Virus record (IMG/VR): IMGVR_UViG_3300011115_000450 | Span: 1-57,920 of that record | Length of the DNA: 57,920 nt | Direction: 5' to 3' (one strand) | DNA from: a virus | Lineage: Duplodnaviria; Caudoviricetes | Shown: positions 49,760 through 57,274 of the stretch, in pieces | Layout: each line of letters starts with the position of its first letter | How positions within the stretch are numbered: position 1 is the stretch's first letter | Translations under genes and position numbers: made by a program | The notes under the pieces: generated by a model | Database searches by the model: none | Told to the model about the DNA's origin: nothing | What the model saw: the letters and a program-made list of their open reading frames with translations, nothing else

Positions 49760-49813
49760 CATTGCAATCCGAAGGCAGGGCTACCCCCCTGCCTTCCCGT
49801 GGCAATGTTGCCA
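49758..49813 (+). ncRNA. Unrecognised structured intergenic motif, copy 4
   Basis: GACATTGC-AATCC-GAAGGCAGGG..CCCTGCCTTC-CCGTG-GCAATGTT-GCCA. Confidence 0.7.
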
Positions 49814-49832
49814 GTATGAGGAGAAAACCACA

Positions 49833-50465
49833 ATGCTACTTGATATGAAACTGCTTAAAGCCGTCCGTGTCGCAGCCTCGACCGAAGAGACCCGCTATTA
49901 TCTGCGCGGGGTGTTCGTCAAAGCACAAGGCGAGCATGTCGTTCTGTGTGCCACTGATGGTCACAGGATGATCGTCGCCAGACACAAGATCGAAGAGGGC
50001 GACGAATATCCGCTTAACGGGTTCATTATCCCGCTGCGCCTGATCGACCGTATCAAGATCGCCAAGCGGAGAATGGGCGGCAACGATGATGGTGCGCTGT
50101 CCTTTGACGGCGACACGATCACGATCCGCTATGCTGGTGACGTTTTCGTCGATCAGATAGTGGACGGGACATTCCCCGACTACACTAGGGTAGTCCCGAA
50201 GGGCTGGTCAAACGAGCCAGCACAATACAACCCAGCCTACCTTGCTGATTTCGCCAAGGCCGTGAAAATCGTGTCGGATGACGTTAAGCCGTCGATCACG
50301 GTCCACTACAATGGTCTTGACCCTGCCGTGGTCAACCTAAACGGCGGCAACATATATGACTGGTTTGGCGTGATCATGCCAATCAGGGGAGATCGACCGT
50401 TCCCAGACACCGAATGGGCGAAGCCACCCAAAGCGCAACCAGATCAAGCCGATCAGGCTGCATAA
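49833..50465 (+). CDS. DNA polymerase III beta-clamp-like protein (short form)
   Basis: AASTEETRYYLRGV..ATDGHRM..DGTFPDY.RV.P..GVIMPIR. Confidence 0.8.
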   Translation: MLLDMKLLKAVRVAASTEETRYYLRGVFVKAQGEHVVLCATDGHRMIVARHKIEEGDEYPLNGFIIPLRLIDRIKIAKRRMGGNDDGALSFDGDTITIRYAGDVFVDQIVDGTFPDYTRVVPKGWSNEPAQYNPAYLADFAKAVKIVSDDVKPSITVHYNGLDPAVVNLNGGNIYDWFGVIMPIRGDRPFPDTEWAKPPKAQPDQADQAA

Positions 50466-50475
50466 GGGGGATCGC

Positions 50476-50763
50476 ATGTTTACAGTCGCAATATGCCTAG
50501 CTGATCGCGCCTATGGTGGCCCCGAAGAGGGGGGTTGGTATTACGGGTGCGGTATCCCTGCTGATGATTATGCAGATCTGGTGCAAGGTTTCAGCACCAG
50601 AGAAGCCGCCGACCGATACGCTGATTATCTCGAAACGACATGCGTCGCGCTCAACGAAGGCAAGCCCGACATTAACAGCGTGTTAAGCGAAGGCCGCTAC
50701 GTTGCGGTGGTGTTCGAGGGCTACCCTCGACACTGGCCCGACCGAAAGCCGACATACGAATAG
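50476..50763 (+). CDS. Hypothetical protein
   Basis: DRAYGGPEEGGWYY motif; RBS. Confidence 0.7.
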   Translation: MFTVAICLADRAYGGPEEGGWYYGCGIPADDYADLVQGFSTREAADRYADYLETTCVALNEGKPDINSVLSEGRYVAVVFEGYPRHWPDRKPTYE

Positions 50764-50818
50764 GCCGAAACTGGGGGGCAACCCCCAGTCATCCCGTCAA
50801 GCGGGGTCTGACGAGGCC
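50763..50818 (+). ncRNA. Type II hammerhead ribozyme, canonical core
   Basis: GGCC-GAAA-CTGGGGG(GCAA)CCCCCAG-TC^-ATCCCG/CGGGGT-CTGACGA-GGCC; predicted cleavage after C50790. Confidence 0.9.
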
Positions 50819-50844
50819 GTCAGTCAACACAAAGGAAAACCACA

Positions 50845-51075
50845 ATGGATTTTGAAGTGAAGCTAACATCAATGCAAAAGCTAACGATCCAACATGCGTT
50901 CTATCGCGCCAGATTGAAACTGGAAGAATGGGATGAGAGTTTGAAAGACAAAGACATGCCCCTAAGCAAAGCAGCATATGCAGAGGATAGGGAAAAGATG
51001 GCAGAAATAGACACGCTCCTCAATGATGCTTGGGAAGCGAAATTAAACGGAATTTTGAACGGAGAAAAGGCATGA
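50845..51075 (+). CDS. Hypothetical protein
   Basis: AGGAAAACCACAATG RBS. Confidence 0.7.
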   Translation: MDFEVKLTSMQKLTIQHAFYRARLKLEEWDESLKDKDMPLSKAAYAEDREKMAEIDTLLNDAWEAKLNGILNGEKA

Positions 51076-51172
51076 GCGAATATCTTGAGGATTTGTTGAT
51101 CGACCTCGCAAACTGCGCGGGGTTCGTGATCTGGTCGAGCCTGATGCTATTCATCATGTGCGTGTTTGGCTG

Positions 51173-51355
51173 ATGAAATGGTTTTTGGTCACATTCAAAG
51201 ATGGGTCGCGGGTGGAAACACTCGCGCCTCACCATCGTTCGATCCGTAAAGAATACGGGCCAGACGCAATCCTGTTCATCCGCGAGATCACGGATGAGCC
51301 ACACGAAAAAAAACGGTATTACAACCCCTCTAGCAGACAAGGGAAACCACAATGA
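51173..51355 (+). CDS. Hypothetical protein
   Basis: MKWFLVTFKDGS; coupled ORF. Confidence 0.5.
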   Translation: MKWFLVTFKDGSRVETLAPHHRSIRKEYGPDAILFIREITDEPHEKKRYYNPSSRQGKPQ

Positions 51356-51546
51356 ACAAGCCAGTCTTTACAATCACTGTTGAATATACAGGGTTTAAGG
51401 AATTTGTTATCGAGGCTGATCGTCTCAAAGGTTATGATTTCGCCGATCTATTCGACAATCCTCAAGGCTTTGATCAGATCACCAATCCTCACGTTACTGC
51501 AACCGATCTTCGCATAATTGATTGGCGGCTTGTTCGCCCTGATTGA
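51352..51546 (+). CDS. Hypothetical protein
   Basis: GGAAACCACAATG RBS. Confidence 0.65.
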   Translation: MNKPVFTITVEYTGFKEFVIEADRLKGYDFADLFDNPQGFDQITNPHVTATDLRIIDWRLVRPD

Positions 51547-51555
51547 AAGGAATTG

Positions 51556-51735
51556 ATGATGAAAAAAATGTATGAAGTCGAAGCCTACGTTAAGTTTACC
51601 ACGGTCGTATGGGCAGAGGATTCCACAGAGGCCCAATGCGAGGCTGTGTTGATCCCTTGGAGCAAATGGGACCATGAGGACGTTCAAGATACACACGCCG
51701 AAGAAACATATGAGGATGCAAGCCGTGACGATTAA
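51556..51735 (+). CDS. Hypothetical protein
   Basis: AAGGA RBS. Confidence 0.55.
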   Translation: MMKKMYEVEAYVKFTTVVWAEDSTEAQCEAVLIPWSKWDHEDVQDTHAEETYEDASRDD

Positions 51736-51889
51736 AGAATTGAAAGATTACCTAAGCGCAAAACACAAATCGCAAGTGCAACTAGCCAAGGAATACGATA
51801 TTTCGGATCGAACGGTGCGCCGCTGGATCAGTGGTGAATCGCCGATCCCAAGGTGGGTGGCGATCCTAGCCTCTCACAACCTACTCTGA
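51725..51889 (+). CDS. Small XRE/Cro-type HTH protein
   Basis: SQVQLAKEYDISDRTVRRWISGESPIP. Confidence 0.75.
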   Translation: MTIKELKDYLSAKHKSQVQLAKEYDISDRTVRRWISGESPIPRWVAILASHNLL

Positions 51890-51894
51890 TCGTT

Positions 51895-51933
51895 GCCCCC
51901 CGCGAGATCACCACAAACTCGCGGGGGGCTTTT
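51895..51933 (+). terminator. Rho-independent terminator of the early operon
   Basis: GCCCCCCGCGAG-loop-CTCGCGGGGGGC-TTTT. Confidence 0.85.
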
Positions 51934-51944
51934 CATCGCCTCAA

Positions 51945-52919
51945 TCAATCTGGCTTGAGACGAAAGGCTTTAGGGTGCGAAATATAGCTCTCATGCCTCA
52001 CAGTAGCAAGGTCGCCCAACCCGATTATGTCGTTCCAGTCTGCTCCCGTGACATTCGGTGTAGCAACGATGACATCCAGTCCTGTTTTCACTAGGGTCCA
52101 ACCCAGCCGATACGCTGCAAGCTGGCCCACGAAGTTTCGATCATTGTCCGCAAAGATCACCACGCGCTCCACTCCCGACGGGGGTGTCCATTTCGCCATG
52201 ATAGACGCGCTGATGGTGGCCCAGACAGGTATGCCGAAGATCACATGCGCTGACAAAGCCGTCTCGATCCCCTCCGCCACACCAAGTATGTGCTGGTATG
52301 GCATGAGCCTGATGGCCGCACCCTCTGGTATCGTGCTGCTCATGATCATCTTGGTTTTGCCGATCTGCGCCTTGTTCCCAGACAAATCCAAGAATGTTCT
52401 ATGAATACTCACTGGCCTATTATTCAGATCGACAACCTTGGCAACCATCGCGGGGAAGGTCCGCCTCTCTTCTGGATGCCACAGATCAGCATTATAGCGA
52501 AGCGCATTAGAAGCCCACTGGTGGCCTGTTCTGCTCTTTAGATACAACCACACTGGGTCGCCCTCTGAAACGGGCTGGCTGGCCGTCCATGTCTTATTGA
52601 GAGCCTCTCTCTTCTGCTGGTCTGTTACCTCTGGCTTGTCGTTCACTTTTCTCTCCACTGTGCCAAGAATGTCGCGGACCTTTTGCATCGTCTCCACAGT
52701 TGTCCATCCTTTGACCTTTGACAGCAATGTGAAGCCGCTTCCTGCGCCGCATTGATTGCAATAGAACGTGCCTCGATCCTCTTTGTTGTCCCAGATGAAC
52801 CGATCCTTGCCCCCGCAGTTCGGGCATGGGCCGTGTTTCTTTTGCAGATATTTCCCGTCGATCCCGTAATGCGTCAGGATACCATGCCATCTGCCTCTCG
52901 CAGCCTCGACCGTATCCAT
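51945..52919 (-). CDS. Primase (P4-alpha-type zinc ribbon plus TOPRIM)
   Basis: HGPCPNCGGKDRF..CNQCGAG; AEGIETALS; IFADND; DWND. Confidence 0.9.
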   Translation of the reverse strand: MDTVEAARGRWHGILTHYGIDGKYLQKKHGPCPNCGGKDRFIWDNKEDRGTFYCNQCGAGSGFTLLSKVKGWTTVETMQKVRDILGTVERKVNDKPEVTDQQKREALNKTWTASQPVSEGDPVWLYLKSRTGHQWASNALRYNADLWHPEERRTFPAMVAKVVDLNNRPVSIHRTFLDLSGNKAQIGKTKMIMSSTIPEGAAIRLMPYQHILGVAEGIETALSAHVIFGIPVWATISASIMAKWTPPSGVERVVIFADNDRNFVGQLAAYRLGWTLVKTGLDVIVATPNVTGADWNDIIGLGDLATVRHESYISHPKAFRLKPD

Positions 52920-54421
52920 CACTTGCGGACCCAGTTGTTCGCGCCGACAGCCTTGCGCCGCTTGATCCACGCATGTTTGACGTAATTGATCGTCTGCAAT
53001 GATGGTTCCAGCGGGATCTGGATGAAAGCCTCATTGGGCGAAGTCTTGAACCGATCCTTGAATTGATGATAGGCCCAGCCGCTCTTGTATCCCTTCTGCT
53101 TGGCGATGCCCTTCAGTTCACGGTAATATTTTTCCTGCTCGTCAAACGGGGTGAGTGTGCCTTCGTAGGTCTTGTTCTTCCCCTTGCCCTTCACTTCAGC
53201 CAGAGTTCCATCAATGTTAAAGACATTCGATGGTGCTTTAGGCTCGAACCCGCAATTCGGGCAGACCCTGAGCTTGGCTGGCTTCAAGAACGTGCAGCTA
53301 GGACATTCTTTCGGCAATGGTTCGTCGCGTTCTTTGCCCTTGCTGGCCTCGTCCTTCTTGCCATTGTTCAGCTTGGTATGGTGGATGTCCGTGACAAAGC
53401 CCAGACGCAAGGTGGTATCTGAATGATCGAGGATCAGGCAATCCGTCTTGCCTTCTGCCCTACGCAAGCCTCGACCCATGATTTGAACATAGAGCATCTC
53501 GCTCTTTGTCGGTCGTGCCAGCACAAGACAGGCAACGAACGGCAGATCGACCCCAGTTGTCAGCACACCGACATTGGCAATGATCCGCAGTTCACCGCGC
53601 CTGAACCGATCACACATGATGTCACGATCTTCGATGGGTGTTGTCCCGTCCATGTATCCGCAGGGGATGCCAGCCTTGTTGAACGCATCCGCAATGTTCG
53701 CAGCATGGGCGCGATTGACCGCATAGACCAGCGTCGGACGGTATTCTGCCTTGGTCAGCCATGTCTCGACAATATCGGCGACCAGCTTGGGCTTGTTCAT
53801 CGTGTCGCCCAGTTCTTCAAGATCATAGTCACCCGCAACGGTCTTGATGTTGCTCAGGTCAACATGGGACGGGGCGAACGCACGAAACGGTGACAAAATC
53901 TCCTTGTCGATCAGTTCCTGTGTTGTCGTGCCGATCACCAGCTTGGAATACAGCTTGCCCAGTCCCTTGGTCCAAGGTGTCGCGCTCAGGCCGATAATGG
54001 GAACATTCGCCCACTCAGGATCATTGAACCACTGCTCGTAGAGCTTGAACACGACATGGGCTTCGTCGATGATCACAAGATCCACTTTGGGTATCTTCCT
54101 GCGTGTCAGCGTCTGCACCGAACAAATCTGCACAGGCTGATCAGCGTCAGTCATCTCGTGATTGCCCTGCATCACGCCGATGTCGTAAATATCATCGCCG
54201 CGAAAGCTCTCGATGGTCTGGGTGATCAGGCTCAGTGCGGGAACCGTAAAGATCACGGTCTTGCCCTTGCCGATAGCTGATCGAATGATGGATGCCGCTG
54301 TCGCTGTCTTGCCAGCACCCGTTGGCAACTGGAACATGATGCGGTTGTGGCCTTCAGCAAGAGCGGTTCGCAGATTTGCTATCCCTGCCTCTTGGTAGTC
54401 CCTTAGCTCGTGATACGCCAT
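52919..54421 (-). CDS. SF2 DEAH helicase with C-terminal zinc finger
   Basis: LRDYQ, PTGAGKT, DEAH, SATP, QIMGRGLR, CPSC..CPNC. Confidence 0.95.
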   Translation of the reverse strand: MAYHELRDYQEAGIANLRTALAEGHNRIMFQLPTGAGKTATAASIIRSAIGKGKTVIFTVPALSLITQTIESFRGDDIYDIGVMQGNHEMTDADQPVQICSVQTLTRRKIPKVDLVIIDEAHVVFKLYEQWFNDPEWANVPIIGLSATPWTKGLGKLYSKLVIGTTTQELIDKEILSPFRAFAPSHVDLSNIKTVAGDYDLEELGDTMNKPKLVADIVETWLTKAEYRPTLVYAVNRAHAANIADAFNKAGIPCGYMDGTTPIEDRDIMCDRFRRGELRIIANVGVLTTGVDLPFVACLVLARPTKSEMLYVQIMGRGLRRAEGKTDCLILDHSDTTLRLGFVTDIHHTKLNNGKKDEASKGKERDEPLPKECPSCTFLKPAKLRVCPNCGFEPKAPSNVFNIDGTLAEVKGKGKNKTYEGTLTPFDEQEKYYRELKGIAKQKGYKSGWAYHQFKDRFKTSPNEAFIQIPLEPSLQTINYVKHAWIKRRKAVGANNWVRK

Positions 54422-54465
54422 GTGGTTTTGTCCTGTCGTGGTTTCCCTACTCTTACTTATAAGTT

Positions 54466-54888
54466 CTATTCTACCCTTTGCTGGTTCTTATCCCTTCCAT
54501 TCCATTCCATTCCTACGCCTACCATTCGTTTACCATTCGTGGAATCTTCGTCGAATGTTCCAAGAATGTTTGGGTAACGAGACTTCTGCGGCTTGTCAAT
54601 GCGCTGATGTTTCCATCCATTGATCTGGATATAGTCAATGTTTTCAACGCTGTATAAAGTTATCAGATCGTTCTCAGCCAATTCCAAGACCATTCTGTGA
54701 ATCTCATCAGAGGAAATATCGTCGGATGGGAAGATCTGCGCCTTCAATTTCTTCTCACTCAGGGTCATACGGCCCTTGTCGTCGGCAAAGTTCCACGAGC
54801 CGATGAAAAGCAGCCGACTTAACGGGCTGCAATTCATCACTTGTTCGCTCGTCCAAAACTCAGGTTTGATGGTCCTGATACGAGCCAT
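54466..54888 (-). CDS. Phage replication-initiator-like protein (N-terminal wHTH domain)
   Basis: MARIRTIKPEFWTSE..RLLFIG.W..ADDKGR..W.HQRID. Confidence 0.75.
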   Translation of the reverse strand: MARIRTIKPEFWTSEQVMNCSPLSRLLFIGSWNFADDKGRMTLSEKKLKAQIFPSDDISSDEIHRMVLELAENDLITLYSVENIDYIQINGWKHQRIDKPQKSRYPNILGTFDEDSTNGKRMVGVGMEWNGRDKNQQRVE

Positions 54889-55226
54889 TACAACCCCGCT
54901 TTCAGTATCTTATAGATCATGGCTTCTGCGCCCTGCCTTGAACGGTTCACCGCCGCTGCCACATCATCAAAGCTGGCGGTTTGCACCCAGACATTGATGG
55001 CAATGTCCTTTTCTTCATTTGTCCAATTCTTCGCGCCCTTCGGCCTCCCTCTGGAGTTTAATCTGTTTTTCAATGTCTTAATGTATTTGCGTGGCCGGCC
55101 AACTGGTCGTTTGATCTTCCCTTCTGGGGGTGGGGCTTTTGCTTCCTGCTCTCTCTTTGCCTTCTCAAACAAAGCTTCTGCCGCTTTAGCAAGCATGTGC
55201 GCGATTATTTCCAGATCAATTTTCAT
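54888..55226 (-). CDS. AT-hook plus HTH DNA-binding protein
   Basis: KRPVGRPRK, RGRPKG, WTNEE..VAAAVNRS. Confidence 0.65.
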   Translation of the reverse strand: MKIDLEIIAHMLAKAAEALFEKAKREQEAKAPPPEGKIKRPVGRPRKYIKTLKNRLNSRGRPKGAKNWTNEEKDIAINVWVQTASFDDVAAAVNRSRQGAEAMIYKILKAGL

Positions 55227-55470
55227 TGTGGTTTCCTTTGTGGTTTGTTCCTAAGAGTTCTGCAATCTCATCCACAATCCTTATGGATGCCTTCTCGAAG
55301 GCTGCTTGATCAGCCATGTATTTGACGTAACTATCTTTGAAGTCCTTCCTTACCAGTGCCTCTACGCCTGAGACGAGATCGCAGGATTCGATCTCCTTAA
55401 ATTCTTGCAGTCTTTTGTGCCAAGCATACCAGACTTCGGCTTTCTGAATTACTTGTAACAATTCGCCCAT
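55216..55470 (-). CDS. Hypothetical protein
   Basis: In operon, coupled. Confidence 0.6.
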   Translation of the reverse strand: MGELLQVIQKAEVWYAWHKRLQEFKEIESCDLVSGVEALVRKDFKDSYVKYMADQAAFEKASIRIVDEIAELLGTNHKGNHNEN

Positions 55471-55968
55471 CTAGAACCTCTGCCTGTCTGTCCACTGGTT
55501 CATCAGCTTCTGTCTCTTGATCTCAAGCGACACAGCCTTGGCAACGGACTCTGGGGTAAATACTCGCTTGTAGTGGCACTCGCACCAGCTGGTCCCGACA
55601 AGGACAGGATCACCGCATACGAATGTCAGGTCTTTCCCTTCGATAAACCGACACTGAGATTTGTCAGCATCCAATAGTTTAACCCTGCCGTAAACAATAT
55701 CGTCCTTAATCTTGGGGGTGAATATCTTGGGGGGCGGCTCTGTTGACAGGGTGACAGTTTTCTTACGCTCCACCTTGGGTGGTTTGGTTGGGTATGGCTT
55801 TGACTTATAGATACTCATCTGGATTTTCCTTCGATGCAGTAATCCAATCACGGAGTTCCGAGTTCTCCCAGTCAACGCTTCAGAAATGGCCTTTGCAGAT
55901 TTCCCCTCCTTAGCCATAGCCACAGCTATATCAATCTCTCCTATTGTCCACGGTGTTTGCAGTTTCAT
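55471..55968 (-). CDS. gcrA: GcrA-like cell-cycle regulator
   Basis: WT..G.SA..I...L.G.TRNSVIG..HR; LLD....CRF..G....CG......WC..H. Confidence 0.85.
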   Translation of the reverse strand: MKLQTPWTIGEIDIAVAMAKEGKSAKAISEALTGRTRNSVIGLLHRRKIQMSIYKSKPYPTKPPKVERKKTVTLSTEPPPKIFTPKIKDDIVYGRVKLLDADKSQCRFIEGKDLTFVCGDPVLVGTSWCECHYKRVFTPESVAKAVSLEIKRQKLMNQWTDRQRF

Positions 55969-56413
55969 AATAAGACCTCACGCTCTCTCCCATCATTTCA
56001 GACATTTCGTCTAGAAGAACGTCCATGTCCAACTCAGGGATGACTTCCTTTGTGATTGCATCGACTGACAGGGTGAAGAACTTTCTAAACTTGTCCTGAC
56101 CCATCGAGGCAAAGCTAATTGATTGTGTCTTGAACCACACCTGACCATCATGCCAGACGGTCTCATCAACATAGCCAAGCCTGACTTTCAGCCATTCAAG
56201 GAGCTGCTCTGGCCTTGTGTAGTGCGGATGGTTATCGACCACCAGCTGCAACAGGGCCATGAACAATCTGTGTTGTCGAGGGCTTCGGGGGCGAGATGCT
56301 TTGACAAACAAGTCCATGCCATCTGGTATCTCCAACAGCATCTCACGATCCCGTTCTGTGACTGGCAATAACCTGTCCCCACTTCGTCTCATTATCATCT
56401 CGCCCCCGCTCAT
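55931..56413 (-). CDS. DUF1367/NinB-like recombination-associated protein
   Basis: RPRSPRQHRLFMALL..LK...G..SISFASM.Q..F..F. Confidence 0.7.
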   Translation of the reverse strand: MSGGEMIMRRSGDRLLPVTERDREMLLEIPDGMDLFVKASRPRSPRQHRLFMALLQLVVDNHPHYTRPEQLLEWLKVRLGYVDETVWHDGQVWFKTQSISFASMGQDKFRKFFTLSVDAITKEVIPELDMDVLLDEMSEMMGESVRSYYETANTVDNRRD

Positions 56414-57066
56414 TACGCTGCGCTCCCCCCGTTAGCAGCAGCGTTGACTTTGTTCTGTGTCTCAGTCCAGAGTTCCGTGATCACTTTGGCATCTGCGGTG
56501 GTCAACGTCTGCTTGATGTCACGCCACTTTGTCGCCCAAGCCTGAAGATCATTCTTGCCGACGCACCCTTCAAGCTCTTCTGACATCTTGTTCAACATCG
56601 CTAGGCTTTCAGCCATCGGTAACATTGTGATCACTTTTGTAGGGGGCGAAGCCTTTGGTTTCACACCCTTGGTATCAACATCCTTGGTGTCCTCACCATC
56701 TGTGTCATCTTCACCAGCAACACCGACGATTGCCGACAAAGCCTGACGCTTGGCATAGGTCAATGCCGCACCCATTTGCTGATGGGTTCCCATCGGGCTG
56801 ACAGGATAGACACCTTCGATCCACTGACCACCCGAATGGGTAAGGCGCGTATGCAGGACAATCCCTGTGTCGGTAACGTCTGTCATCTGCATGATCGAGA
56901 TGCCATGCTTAGACAGGGATGGACGGACTGCACTCAGCACCTCGCCCAAATCAGCATACTTGGATTTGAAGTGTGGATTAACCCGATTGAAGGATGGGTT
57001 CTTCACTTCAGCCTGTGCCTTGGCAAGAGCCGCAGCGATCTCGTTAATTTGCTCTGACGTTCTCAT
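56413..57066 (-). CDS. erf: ERF-family ssDNA-annealing protein
   Basis: IAAALAKAQ..NPHFKSKYADL..HSGGQWIE..Q.MGAALTYAKR..L.AIVG...EDDTDG. Confidence 0.9.
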   Translation of the reverse strand: MRTSEQINEIAAALAKAQAEVKNPSFNRVNPHFKSKYADLGEVLSAVRPSLSKHGISIMQMTDVTDTGIVLHTRLTHSGGQWIEGVYPVSPMGTHQQMGAALTYAKRQALSAIVGVAGEDDTDGEDTKDVDTKGVKPKASPPTKVITMLPMAESLAMLNKMSEELEGCVGKNDLQAWATKWRDIKQTLTTADAKVITELWTETQNKVNAAANGGSAA

Positions 57067-57274
57067 TTTCAACTCCCGGATTGTAATTCTTAATCTGCTC
57101 TTCAATAGCTTCTATGACGGTATTCATAACCAAAATCCTGAACGGGATAGGCTGGTCATTGAACCAATCTCCGAAATGGATATTGATATAGAACTCCTCA
57201 CTCTCTTCGACTTCAAGACCAAGAGTTCCTATCAGGTTATACCCATCAATTAGGTTAACTTTAGCAATATTCAT
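57044..57274 (-). CDS. Hypothetical protein
   Basis: ATGA coupling to the YqaJ gene. Confidence 0.55.
   Translation of the reverse strand: MNIAKVNLIDGYNLIGTLGLEVEESEEFYINIHFGDWFNDQPIPFRILVMNTVIEAIEEQIKNYNPGVENENVRAN

Noticed and set aside
48162-49813. Repeated hairpins as a CRISPR array, terminators or integron attC sites
   Set aside because: They are separated by whole genes, lack U-tracts and RYYYAAC/GTTRRRY ends, and no cas or integrase gene was recognised
51725-51889. Lysogeny module
   Set aside because: Only a tiny HTH; no integrase, CI-type peptidase domain or partition genes recognised, so lifestyle is unresolved
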